36,905 bases of DNA from the NCBI GenBank assembly GCA_048938895.1, contig JBHLLU010000025.1:25510-62414 (forward strand), given 5' to 3'. The notes beneath the pieces were generated by a model. The model worked only from the letters and a program-made list of their open reading frames with translations, did not search any database and was not told the origin of the DNA. Shown here piece by piece: positions 19,372-29,210 of the stretch (the stretch's first letter is position 1; each line of letters begins with the position of its first letter). Position numbers and translations under genes: made by a program. Source of the DNA: Promethearchaeota archaeon (GTDB taxonomy: Archaea; Asgardarchaeota; Lokiarchaeia; Sigyniarchaeales; SOKP01).

Positions 19372-20085
19372 TTAATTAGCTGTTTGTAATATTATATTAT
19401 TTTTATCTAAAAACCAAGATTCTACCAAGAATGTTTGTGTTGAATTCGTTTCTACATTGTATTGAGATTTAATTGTAGATTTTGGAATCCAAATTTCTTC
19501 CCCATTTTCCATAGTTACCCGAAGAGCTTTCTCAGTTTCACCAACTATTTTTCCTTCCATTCTTTTTAATTTGTTACTTATATTCATTTCTTCTTGAATA
19601 GTTAGTCCATCATCAAGCCTTTTATTTTCTGCATTTTTTTTAGAATTATTATTATTAAAGGAGGACTTTTGCACATCTGGAATAGTGGAGAAGATGATTT
19701 TCTCTTCTAATACATGTTGTAATAATAATTTTAAAATCTTAATTTGTGGGAAACTTAACATCTTAGGATAATCTCCTACATTAAACCAAACTTTAGAATC
19801 TCCTTCCCAATTTATTGAAATAGGTGTCTTTTCTTCTTTGAAAATATGTACAGTGGACCAAGTTTTAATTCTCTTCTCCAAAACTTCAAGTATCATGACA
19901 ATTTCTTCTAAACCACATTTAACTGTTTTTCCTTCTCCAGCAGACATTTTTTCCCATGTACCATCATTCTTCTTCTTAATAAACTTCAAATAAATAAACG
20001 CTTCATTCTTCGAGGAACTTTGAATAACCATTCCTGTACGTTGTCCAAAAAAACTTTGACTATGGGTATCTACGATTTTTCTCAC
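19372..20085 (-). CDS. Two-domain hypothetical protein: possible Whirly-like nucleic-acid-binding N-domain, low-complexity linker, small beta-barrel C-domain
   Basis: Beta-rich region followed by a helix, occurring twice (..WEK..KTVKCGLEEIVMIL..STVH..LSFPQIKILK); NNNNSKK linker; C-terminal ETEKAL..WIPKS..W motif; CDS is clear, fold call tentative. Confidence 0.6.
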   Translation of the reverse strand: MRKIVDTHSQSFFGQRTGMVIQSSSKNEAFIYLKFIKKKNDGTWEKMSAGEGKTVKCGLEEIVMILEVLEKRIKTWSTVHIFKEEKTPISINWEGDSKVWFNVGDYPKMLSFPQIKILKLLLQHVLEEKIIFSTIPDVQKSSFNNNNSKKNAENKRLDDGLTIQEEMNISNKLKRMEGKIVGETEKALRVTMENGEEIWIPKSTIKSQYNVETNSTQTFLVESWFLDKNNIILQTAN

Positions 20086-20341
20086 CTTTTAAATTGATTT
20101 TATTTACTAATTGTGTTAAAAATATATAAAGAAAAAGAGAAAATCGGTTTTTCGAAAAATTAATACATTTTCAAAGTAATTTACAAATTGTACTTTGTCT
20201 CTTCATTTAAATCCTTGTCTGTTTTCATGAGTTATGAATGATATTCTTCATAAAAGGAGGTTGTAAAAAACTAATTGGGAATTATTGTGCTTTAGAGATT
20301 ATACAATACAATAACTCCCTCGAGAACTTAATAGGGAAGTC

Positions 20342-21232
20342 ATGAAATCTAAAAATTTGGGTTACCTAATACCAAGAGTAGAGTCAAAATCTGAGTCTTT
20401 TGCTCATAAAATAATCAAACAATTGATCTATACCAATATTCTTGAACACAATTTAGATATTATTGATTCGTGTTTAGAAAAATATTTTGAGACAAGACGA
20501 GCTGACGTTTATTTCAAGTTTAAATCAGGAGAAGAGGTAGTAGTTGAAATCCAAAACTCCCCTATTTCCTCAAAGGAGATTACTGCCCGTACAAAGGATT
20601 ATAACAATAGAGGAATTTATGTCCTATGGATTTTTTATGGGAATGGGAAGAGTATTGGTTCACCTAAGAGCCCTCATCATCTTAAAAATTTGAAGATAAG
20701 TCCTGCAGAAATGCGATTGCATCAGCTTTATAGGGGGAGAGCTTATTATGTAAATATTACTTATACGCAAGAGAAATTTAGACCCACTCAACCCTACGCG
20801 TTACATTTCTCCTTTTCGGATAAATATTCCCCCAATATATTTAGAAAAGGATTTGAAACATTTTTTATTCGTAATATAAACTATATTCGTATCCCAAATT
20901 GGAATCTATTTTGCACAACATATGGGAATTATAAAATCGCTAGATTTTATGATCGCAATGCCAAATATACGTTAATGGAATTGATAAGTGGACATGCAAA
21001 AAGAAATAATATTATTCGTGATAAATCATATTCTAAAACAAAAAATACAAAAAAATACTTAAAACTGATCTATAAAATATTTGGAGATGAATATGGGAGA
21101 AATATCATCATCGATGCCTTACTTCGTTTAACAGATAATAGAGGATTTATGTTAAATGCAAAATGTCTGAAAAAATATAAAAAAAGCCTTTCTCGTAGAG
21201 CAAAGACTAAATTAACTAAAATTTCCTTTTAA
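20342..21232 (+). CDS. CoiA-like PD-(D/E)xK nuclease-domain protein
   Basis: SES..HK..K, E..F..RRADV, VVEIQNSPIS..EI..RT.DY...GIYVLWI match the CoiA nuclease domain; basic C-terminal region. Confidence 0.8.
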   Translation: MKSKNLGYLIPRVESKSESFAHKIIKQLIYTNILEHNLDIIDSCLEKYFETRRADVYFKFKSGEEVVVEIQNSPISSKEITARTKDYNNRGIYVLWIFYGNGKSIGSPKSPHHLKNLKISPAEMRLHQLYRGRAYYVNITYTQEKFRPTQPYALHFSFSDKYSPNIFRKGFETFFIRNINYIRIPNWNLFCTTYGNYKIARFYDRNAKYTLMELISGHAKRNNIIRDKSYSKTKNTKKYLKLIYKIFGDEYGRNIIIDALLRLTDNRGFMLNAKCLKKYKKSLSRRAKTKLTKISF

Positions 21233-21335
21233 GAAAAGTTTTGATATGTAATACCTCAGCAATCTCTCAAAACAATATATTGAAAACTTCAATTAATTTT
21301 TTCTGGCTAATTCTTTCCTTTTTTTCTCTGAAGTA

Positions 21336-21953
21336 TTAAATTGCTACGGATACTAAGTTTTGTTTGAAATGCTTTTTTAATATTAATTGTAAAATCTCTT
21401 CAAAACATTCTAGAACACCTTCCCCCTTAATAGCACTTGTATATCTTGTGTCGACATTTTTATATTTAGGGTAATTAATTTCTTTTAAAAACACCCTAGG
21501 ATTGATTTTTATTTCTGGTTCAAGATCTTGTTTGTTGAACACTAACAGAATTGGAATTAGTTCAAAAAATTCATTAAAATATGACATTAACTCCTTCCAA
21601 GAGATTAAATTTCTTGAATATACTTCTCTATGAGAATCTAGTACAAAAATAATCCCATCTACTGCCCGTAGTGTAGTTAACCTTGTTATTAAATAGAAAT
21701 CCTGACCTGTAGTTGTATAAATATGAATTTTTATTCGCCAATCTTGATTTTGAAAGGTAACAGTACCATAATCAAAAAATAATGTCCTATTAACCGTACT
21801 TTCAACACTGCATAACTCCTCTTCCTTTCCAAAGAGTGAGAATAAAGCTTTAATAGAAGTAGTCTTACCGGAAAGAGCAGGCCCAAAATATACGATTTTA
21901 ATACTTAATGTTTTATCGACATGATCTATAATCATATGTTTTAGTTTAAACAT
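21336..21953 (-). CDS. Small Ras-superfamily GTPase, MglA-like
   Basis: KIVYFGPALSGKTT (G1), RTLFFDY (MglA switch I with Arg), TTTGQ (MglA-type G3 lacking Asp), DGIIFVLDS, NKQD (G4), SAI (G5). Confidence 0.92.
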   Translation of the reverse strand: MFKLKHMIIDHVDKTLSIKIVYFGPALSGKTTSIKALFSLFGKEEELCSVESTVNRTLFFDYGTVTFQNQDWRIKIHIYTTTGQDFYLITRLTTLRAVDGIIFVLDSHREVYSRNLISWKELMSYFNEFFELIPILLVFNKQDLEPEIKINPRVFLKEINYPKYKNVDTRYTSAIKGEGVLECFEEILQLILKKHFKQNLVSVAI

Positions 21954-22024
21954 ATATTTTTAAAAACCAATTATTTCCTACTTTTTCTGTATATAAATTT
22001 GCTCAAATAAAGATTCCTAAAGGA

Positions 22025-23128
22025 TTAGATCTCTTTCCATAAATCATCAATTTTTTCACCTAATTTATCCCATTCCCATACTATGTTCAACCCAAAATAT
22101 GCTCTAATTAAGTCTGTTAAAAAGTAGAGATACTGCTTTCTGATTTTCTTAATTTTTAGCGAATCTTCTATATGCCTAACAAGAATTCTTGGTGATACTG
22201 GTTTTCTATAATCTCCTCTCTCATAATAATTGAACAAATGCATAGTTAAAATATATATTCCTTCAAGTTTCTCTTTTAAATCTAAAACACAAGAACCATT
22301 ATCTTGGTTATTGTAAAAATTTCTTATTAAATCAGTTTCATATTTTAAATGATGAGAATTTATTAATTTTCTCGTCTCATTTATTACATCCTTTTCAGGC
22401 ATTATAACAAAACCTTCATATAACTGTCTATTTTTCTTATATTGTGACTTAGATTTAATGATTATTTCAGATGTAAAGGATTTTTGAAATATATAATCAA
22501 TGAAATTACTCAAATCAGGAATCAAATGAGTAATTTCCTTCTTCATTAGAATTAATATCTTCTTTCGAAATAAACTAGAATGTACAATATAGATTAATAC
22601 TTCGGGAGGAATATTCAATTTTAATTTAGCGATTGTTTCTTCTTGTGGTTTTCCTGTAAATGGTAAATTTAAAAGGTTAAAATATTTTTCATAGATTTCC
22701 AAGAGTGTGTTTTTAAATTTACTATAATTTAAATCTTCTAATTCCTTTCGAGTTTTACGTTTTTCATACAAAATTTTAGGTAACTCCTTTAGACCTTTCA
22801 ATTCATGAGCAAATTCTTGAATTATTTGAGATTTGAGTTTTAACGACTTGAAGTTTTCATTTAATTGTTCACCTACGATAAATGTAATCATAAATTCTTC
22901 AAATCCACTTCTGGCAAACTTAGAACATATATAAAACCGATAATTTAATGTCTGAAAATCTTCAAACGCAATTGGAAATGGTTTTTCCCCGCCCCCATAA
23001 CCCAATAACATGTCCAGTAAAAACCCATCAAAAGGATTATTGTCATGTTTACTAAAAAATAATTTGGGCCCCTCTACTTGGTCAAAATAAAAGATGTATA
23101 ATCTTCTAGAATCAATATTTTCTTTCAT
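22025..23128 (-). CDS. Putative longin/uDENN plus core-DENN-like protein
   Basis: N-terminal YFDQVEGP and FYI.SKFARSG.E.FMITFI resemble uDENN/folliculin-type longin motifs; C-terminal ~200 aa homologous to 25831..26736. Confidence 0.6.
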   Translation of the reverse strand: MKENIDSRRLYIFYFDQVEGPKLFFSKHDNNPFDGFLLDMLLGYGGGEKPFPIAFEDFQTLNYRFYICSKFARSGFEEFMITFIVGEQLNENFKSLKLKSQIIQEFAHELKGLKELPKILYEKRKTRKELEDLNYSKFKNTLLEIYEKYFNLLNLPFTGKPQEETIAKLKLNIPPEVLIYIVHSSLFRKKILILMKKEITHLIPDLSNFIDYIFQKSFTSEIIIKSKSQYKKNRQLYEGFVIMPEKDVINETRKLINSHHLKYETDLIRNFYNNQDNGSCVLDLKEKLEGIYILTMHLFNYYERGDYRKPVSPRILVRHIEDSLKIKKIRKQYLYFLTDLIRAYFGLNIVWEWDKLGEKIDDLWKEI

Positions 23129-23268
23129 TTTTCTCTCAGTTATAAAAAATTCTGAATTTAAGTTTTAAAAGCTCTAGATTTCAAACTTCTGAAAATTAAA
23201 AAGAATTCAATTGAAAAAAGTAACTTTTATTTAGTATCCAATCAAAGTAGAATAGAAGGTGATTTGTT

Positions 23269-24348
23269 ATGGTTTTAAAAACAGTTATAACAGAGATGTT
23301 TGGTATTAAACATCCAATTGCATCTGCTGCTATGGGGCCCTTCAGAACAACCGAATTGGCCATAGCTGTCTCAGAAGCTGGTGGTCTTGGCATGATCTCT
23401 CACGCAAATCAATCTATGGATGGTAGGGAACCAGATGCTTTGGTTGCTTTAAAAAAAAATCTTGATTTTGTAGTAGAACATACAGACAAACCTTTTGGGT
23501 TCAATATAAGGACTTCAAGACTCACTGTAAATTGTGACAACCTGATTACTGAAACATCAAAGCATATTATGGCGAATCCTAAATTAAGAGAACAGTGTCT
23601 ATATGCCCTCACCAGTGCAGGCTCAGCAAGAAGGATGCCTGAAAACAAAGCTTTTCAGAAATTAAGGGAAAGTACAGAGATTAAACATTTCCATGTTGCA
23701 CCTGCACTCTGGTTAGCAGATAAATGTGTCGCAGCAGGATGTGACGGATTGGTTGTAACAGGATTCGAAGGAGGTGGACATCAATCCTATGAGAAAGTTG
23801 GAGGTATCGTTTTATTACAACAAGTGCAAGAAAAACACCCTGATATTCCAAAAATCGCTTGTGGCGGATTTGCAACGGGAGTAGGTATGGCCGCAGCGTT
23901 AGCTCTCGGTGCGGGAGGAATCGCTATGGGATCGAGATTTATTGCATCGAAAGAGAGCGAGTTTCATGAAAATTACAAGAATGTGGTACCCCCTGCTAAA
24001 GCATCGGATACAATTATCAGAACAGGCAGTCTAGGAACCATAAGGTATTGGAGGAATAAATATGCCTTGTCAAAAGGTTTAGTAGAGAGTAAAGAAGAAA
24101 AAATGGCTGAAGAAAAAGCAAGGGACGAACACCGTGATTCTATATCGCAAGAGGAACTTGCTGAAGAATTAAGAAAGGATTCAATAGCTGCTTTTGCTGC
24201 GTATCAAGGTGATATGGAAAATGGTGGCGTTTTATTAGGACAAAGTATCGGAATAGTAAATCAAATTGAAAGTGTTTCAGATATCATTGAACGGGTAATA
24301 AAGGACGCTGAAATAGCATTAAGAAAAGCAAATAGTGTTATACAATAA
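23269..24348 (+). CDS. Nitronate monooxygenase / FabK-like FMN-dependent oxidoreductase
   Basis: FGIKHPI..AAMG, ELAIAVSEAGGLG, TDKPFGFN, GFEGGGH, IACGGF..G.G.AAALALGA.G..MGSRFIASKES, GQSIG; AAGGTGA RBS. Confidence 0.92.
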   Translation: MVLKTVITEMFGIKHPIASAAMGPFRTTELAIAVSEAGGLGMISHANQSMDGREPDALVALKKNLDFVVEHTDKPFGFNIRTSRLTVNCDNLITETSKHIMANPKLREQCLYALTSAGSARRMPENKAFQKLRESTEIKHFHVAPALWLADKCVAAGCDGLVVTGFEGGGHQSYEKVGGIVLLQQVQEKHPDIPKIACGGFATGVGMAAALALGAGGIAMGSRFIASKESEFHENYKNVVPPAKASDTIIRTGSLGTIRYWRNKYALSKGLVESKEEKMAEEKARDEHRDSISQEELAEELRKDSIAAFAAYQGDMENGGVLLGQSIGIVNQIESVSDIIERVIKDAEIALRKANSVIQ

Positions 24349-24425
24349 TCCTCATTTATAATTTTTTTTTATATTATCTTTTATAAAATTCCTGCAAATA
24401 TAGATTATTAAGGATTAAATATTAA

Positions 24426-25763
24426 ATGATAAAAATGGGTAAAATTTTAGACCTTGCTGAAGATCTATGGGTAAGTAAAAAAGACACATTTTCTAATCAT
24501 CCATTTGGTGTTCCTCGTGGTCTTGAACTTATAAGTGAATACAATTCGCAACGAACATGGTTTTATCGAGGATTTTCCAATTCTGTAATAAGAGAAACTA
24601 ATGATGGTTTGATAGTTGTCGATCCAGGAGCAGATTTTGATGGTGAAAGGAGGTTTAATGCGATTAGAGAAGCAACAACTCAAAAAGTCAATACAATAAT
24701 ATTTACTCATGGTCACGTGGATCATGTGGGAATGAAACTTTTTTTAGAGGAGTGTAAGAATGAAGGTTGGCTAAATCCTCAGATTATTGCTCATGAAGCG
24801 GTTATTAATCGTTTTAATCGATATAAACTAACAAATTCTTGGAACGGTTTTATTAATCTCCGACAATTCAGAGGAGGTAGAGGAAAACCTGCTTTTAAAA
24901 ATGATTTTGAATATCCCACTTTAACTTATAGGGATGAATTAGAAGTTAAAGTGGGAGATGTAGAAATTCACCTAAAGCATTCGCGAGGTGAGACTGATGA
25001 TCACACCTGGGTTTATTTCTCTGATACGAGCATTTTATGTACTGGTGATTTATTTATTTGGGGTGTCCCAAACGCAGGGAATCCTCAAAAGGTTCAACGT
25101 TATGCTTATGAATGGGCAGTAGCATTGCGAGAAATGATGAAATGTAATCCTAACATTTTATGCCCCGGACATGGAGTTCCTATAATTGGCCAAGAAAGAG
25201 TTAAGGAGGCACTAGATCATACTGCACTTTTATTGGAATCACTTCATTCTCAGACGATCTCTCTTATGAACGATGGAGCAACATTAGACAAAGTTATTCA
25301 TTCTGTGAAAGTTCCTGATGAGTTACTAAACAAATCATATCTTAAACCGATTTATGATGAACCAGAATTTATTGTTAGGAATATCTGGCGTTACTATGGA
25401 GGATGGTATGATGGAACTTCTTCTCATCTAAAGCCTGCACCTGAAATTGATCAGGCAAAAGAGATTGCAAATCTTGCTGGAGGTGCATCAAAATTGGCAG
25501 AAAGAGCACTAGAACTTGCGAATGAAGGTAAATTAAGGTTGGCATGTCACCTCGCAGAATGGGCTTGGTCATGCTCACCGAACGATGAACATATTAAGGA
25601 AATGACTTCTAAAGTTTTTATGGTTCGAGCCAAATCAGAAAAATCAACAATGGCAATTGGAATTTATTTATCAACCGCAAGAAAAATGGGAGCTGATATT
25701 GAAAAAGAAATGCCAGGAAGAACTATAATTCAAGCCCAAGAGTTAAGAAATAAATCTATGTAA
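24426..25763 (+). CDS. Alkyl-sulfatase-like metallo-beta-lactamase-fold hydrolase with dimerisation domain
   Basis: VVDPG, THGHVDH, GETDDH, GDLF..PNAGNPQKVQR, PGHG, VRNIWRYYGGWYDG; alternative start 24435. Confidence 0.9.
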   Translation: MIKMGKILDLAEDLWVSKKDTFSNHPFGVPRGLELISEYNSQRTWFYRGFSNSVIRETNDGLIVVDPGADFDGERRFNAIREATTQKVNTIIFTHGHVDHVGMKLFLEECKNEGWLNPQIIAHEAVINRFNRYKLTNSWNGFINLRQFRGGRGKPAFKNDFEYPTLTYRDELEVKVGDVEIHLKHSRGETDDHTWVYFSDTSILCTGDLFIWGVPNAGNPQKVQRYAYEWAVALREMMKCNPNILCPGHGVPIIGQERVKEALDHTALLLESLHSQTISLMNDGATLDKVIHSVKVPDELLNKSYLKPIYDEPEFIVRNIWRYYGGWYDGTSSHLKPAPEIDQAKEIANLAGGASKLAERALELANEGKLRLACHLAEWAWSCSPNDEHIKEMTSKVFMVRAKSEKSTMAIGIYLSTARKMGADIEKEMPGRTIIQAQELRNKSM

Positions 25764-25830
25764 TAAATCGTGTTGATTGAAAGTTTTTAACAGAATTTCT
25801 TATTTAAAAAAACACATAGTTAATTAAAAT

Positions 25831-26736
25831 TTAGAAATGTATTTTTTTTTTAAGATTTACATCAAAATAATTCAAAACAATTTCATACAGAAAGTTCAAG
25901 TAAGTTTTATCAATCTTGATTTTGAACTCTTTGGACAAGTATTCTGAAACAACATTATTGATATATTTTTCTTGGCTAACCACCTCATCAAGAATGGATT
26001 CAATGATAGAACTATCAGGTCTTATTTTTTTTTTTTGTGGGCTATATGCATTTGCAAATTTAGCAATGGCTTTTGCATAAGTGAAAGCCTTAGTTAATTC
26101 ATTTATTAATGTTAGATAGCTATATCCTAAATCAAATTCACTAAGAAATTGATTTACGATCTGTCTTTCTACCTTACATTTTTTTTCCTCCAAAATACTA
26201 TTAGGATCATTTATAATTTTATTTCCATCGAGAACAATCCTATTTTTGAATAACTTCTTTTGTTTTTTATATTCTTCTTCAGAAATAATGTCTAATTCGA
26301 AATCAAAAGAATCCTTAGTAATATAATTGAAGAAATTTCTAATATGATCATTTAAAAAAGATTGGTAAGAGATTAAAACTAGCTTTTCCTTGCAGAAAAT
26401 AGCTCTTAATAAATTGGTTAAAAGGGTAAGAGTAATATTTAACTTAATTAAATCTATATTTAAAATAGCTTTATCTGGTAAAACAAGATCCTTTATTTTC
26501 TGCTCTTCAGGTAAATCAGGTATTTCAATTAGAAAATCTGCTATAAAATAATCCCTTACTGTAAAATTTTTATCAATATAGACAATAAAAGAGTGTTGAC
26601 AAATAAAATTTGATACAATATTTACAGCTAATAACCCACGTGAAGTTGATTGTACTAATTCTTCGGAAAGTTCAACAAATCCCAATTCTCTACATGCAGG
26701 ACATCTAATTTCAACTTTAGGTAAAAAAATCACCAT
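25831..26736 (-). CDS. Zn-binding module fused to a core-DENN-like domain
   Basis: IRCPAC..CQHSFIVYIDKNFTVR N-terminus (cf. 12850..13176); C-terminus aligns with that of 22025..23128. Confidence 0.65.
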   Translation of the reverse strand: MVIFLPKVEIRCPACRELGFVELSEELVQSTSRGLLAVNIVSNFICQHSFIVYIDKNFTVRDYFIADFLIEIPDLPEEQKIKDLVLPDKAILNIDLIKLNITLTLLTNLLRAIFCKEKLVLISYQSFLNDHIRNFFNYITKDSFDFELDIISEEEYKKQKKLFKNRIVLDGNKIINDPNSILEEKKCKVERQIVNQFLSEFDLGYSYLTLINELTKAFTYAKAIAKFANAYSPQKKKIRPDSSIIESILDEVVSQEKYINNVVSEYLSKEFKIKIDKTYLNFLYEIVLNYFDVNLKKKIHF

Positions 26737-26755
26737 TAAAATATAATTTGAAAAA

Positions 26756-27478
26756 TTAAAAATAAATCTTTAATGAACTTAAAGTAATAACAACCAAACC
26801 GCTAATTTTTAACGTCAATGACACCAAGAAAACTATAAACCGAAAATCATCACCAAAAACTGCCTGGAGCGGTGCGACAATGAATTCACTTTCTATAACT
26901 GAACCAAAAAAATAAAAAACTGTGCCTATTACAAATATAAACGAAATCTTTCGCAAATCGGGTCTTTTAATTCCAATATATATAAATAACGCTGGAATTA
27001 AAATCATTACTAATGATCCTAACATTCCAACAGCGGAAATAAATTGAAAATCTTCTGCTGTGCTTACGGGATAGATTAACTGAAACAGTGCTATACCTAA
27101 TAAAAAGTATGCTAAAATCCCTTTGAATTTAAACCTGAACATTTTTTTGTCAATAATATATAATAAAATTACAAAACTTAAAGAGGAAATAAAGCTTGCT
27201 GCTTTCCAAAAGATTATATTTGGAAAAAGATGAAGAAGGTCTTGATCATAAAAAGTCAAATAGAAATCAAAGTAAAAATAGATTAATCTTGAAATAAGCA
27301 ATCCTAGCATTAAAATAAATATCCCAAAAATAAAATTAATCTCAAATTTACCTCGTTCCCTTTTCTTTTCGAGCACTCTCTTTGCTAAGTATATTGTAAG
27401 TGAGAGTTTAGCAATCATAAGAATTATGTTTAGTGAAAACAATAAATTGTAATCAAAGCTATTTGGAGTAAGCACCAT
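26756..27478 (-). CDS. Seven-transmembrane protein without a fused output domain
   Basis: Seven hydrophobic segments; basic loops after TM1, TM3 and TM5 imply N-out topology; ATG 27478 preferred over TTG 27487. Confidence 0.8.
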   Translation of the reverse strand: MVLTPNSFDYNLLFSLNIILMIAKLSLTIYLAKRVLEKKRERGKFEINFIFGIFILMLGLLISRLIYFYFDFYLTFYDQDLLHLFPNIIFWKAASFISSLSFVILLYIIDKKMFRFKFKGILAYFLLGIALFQLIYPVSTAEDFQFISAVGMLGSLVMILIPALFIYIGIKRPDLRKISFIFVIGTVFYFFGSVIESEFIVAPLQAVFGDDFRFIVFLVSLTLKISGLVVITLSSLKIYF

Positions 27479-27720
27479 TATTATCAATTATTCTTAAAAT
27501 ATTTTGCATTTTAAAATAATATAAAAGGAGAGATATTTATTCTTTTTTCAAACTAAACCCCTTTTTCAAACAATTCTGTATTTAACGTTTATGTCAAATT
27601 TCTAATTATATCAGTTAAAAAAATCAAATTTGAAATTAAATTCACATAGAACATTTAAATATAAATAAGAATAAAATAAAATCATAGTTTAATCTTTAAA
27701 ATTTTTGAGGAATAATAACT

Positions 27721-28518
27721 ATGCCATTTTTTAATAATGATGGAATTAAAATATATTATGAAGTTGAAGGGGAAGGTCCACCAGTAGTATTAATTCATGG
27801 ATTCGCAGCAAGTCTTGAAGGTAATTGGAAACAAGCAAATTGGGTTAACGTTCTAAAGGATGATTATAAAATAATACTTTTAGATTGTCGTGGACATGGC
27901 AAAAGTGACAAACCTTTAGATCCGGCTCAATATGGAGCTCTTATGACTGATGATATAGTAAAGCTCCTTGATCATTTATCAATAGAGAAAGCTAACTTCT
28001 TTGGGTATTCAATGGGCTCAAGATTAACTCTAGAACTTTTACTCAGTAAGCAAGAACTCTTTATAAGTGCTATTCTTGGTGGATTTGCAATTCAGTTCCC
28101 CAGTGATGAACAAAGATCAGCAGCTCAGCAACGAGCAAATGATATGATTGAAGCTTTAAAAGCAAATGTTGATGATATAAAAAGCCCAGCTGCTCTGAGA
28201 ATTCGACGTATAATTGCTGCTTATAAAGACTTTGATTTACAAAATTTAGATGCTCTAACAGCCGTTTTAAAGGGTGGTTTTCTGAGAGAAGCAACCCAAA
28301 CTAACGAACAAAGAAAAGAAGCTCTTAAAAATATCAAGGTACCCGTTTTGACTGTTGTAGGATCTGATGATTTTCCTGGGGATAAGACCATAGTAGCTCA
28401 AATAGTTCCAGATGCTTGTCATTTTCAAATTCAAGGAAGAGATCACATAAACGTTGTCCCTGATCCCAAGTTTCATATGATGGTAAAAGCTTTTCTGGAT
28501 TATGTAAACAAAATTTAA
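27721..28518 (+). CDS. Alpha/beta hydrolase
   Basis: LIHGF, DCRGHGKS, GYSMG nucleophile elbow, VGSDD, RDH catalytic His; GAGG RBS. Confidence 0.93.
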   Translation: MPFFNNDGIKIYYEVEGEGPPVVLIHGFAASLEGNWKQANWVNVLKDDYKIILLDCRGHGKSDKPLDPAQYGALMTDDIVKLLDHLSIEKANFFGYSMGSRLTLELLLSKQELFISAILGGFAIQFPSDEQRSAAQQRANDMIEALKANVDDIKSPAALRIRRIIAAYKDFDLQNLDALTAVLKGGFLREATQTNEQRKEALKNIKVPVLTVVGSDDFPGDKTIVAQIVPDACHFQIQGRDHINVVPDPKFHMMVKAFLDYVNKI

Positions 28519-28598
28519 TTTTATTAAAGAAAATCTGTATGAGAAGTGCTGAAGAAATTTAAATTTCTTCATTTTTCTTTTTAATTTTTCCATTATAA

Positions 28599-28853
28599 TC
28601 ACAAGATTTTTATGGGGAGGATCAAGAACTTCTCTCTTTTCTAGTCTTAGATAAAGACGAAAGACTCGAAAAATATTTGAACCGAACTATTAAGCCGCTT
28701 TTGAATAAATTACTAAAATGGTTTATTTCAGAATATAATGGCTGTAGACTGAATGATGCGGCTAAATTTGAGCCATTTAGAGGAACAATAGATAAAATAT
28801 TCGGAACCGGAACGATGACATTAGAGGAAAAAGTGCTCTCACTTTTAATATAA
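28599..28853 (+). pseudogene. 5'-truncated gene remnant (84 codons), resembling the C-terminal part of a longin-like protein
   Basis: Open frame ..ELLSFLVLDKDERLEKYLNRTIKPLLNKLLKWFISEYNGCRLNDAAKFEPFRGTIDKIFGTGTMTLEEKVLSLLI* directly after a TAA with no start codon at its 5' end; part of it is repeated at 30294. Confidence 0.55.
28698..28785 (+). repeat. 88-bp direct repeat, copy 1
   Basis: 80/88 identical, ungapped, to 30294..30381 (manual alignment). Confidence 0.92.
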
Positions 28854-29210
28854 CAATGGTTCTTGTTTAAATCATCGAGAAATTTGAACGTCTCTCAAGG
28901 ATTGACGATTAAAGCCACATTGAGATATTCGAAAGTGTCTGAGTATCACTGTGTGTGCTTAATATTGAATATATCGTAGAATATCCTACACTATGTATGA
29001 AAAACGTTGATAACACGTTCAATACAGAAAAGCACATAATTTATTTCTAACTTTTATTAATATTAGAATAACAGAAAGTACTGATCCAACGATTACTTCA
29101 GCTAACAAACCTGATAAGCTATTTATTATGGAAAACTTAGTCGATTCCTTTCTAAAATATTAAATAAAAAAAAAGGGAGTTAATTGTTAATTACAAATTT
29201 TTTTCGAGAT

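Noticed and set aside
26756-27478. 7TM protein as a rhodopsin (TM7 SLTLK resembles heliorhodopsin SxxxK)
   Set aside because: Lacks the TM3 RWxEY/RYxDW-type motif and other retinal-pocket residues; the inferred N-out topology is opposite to heliorhodopsin
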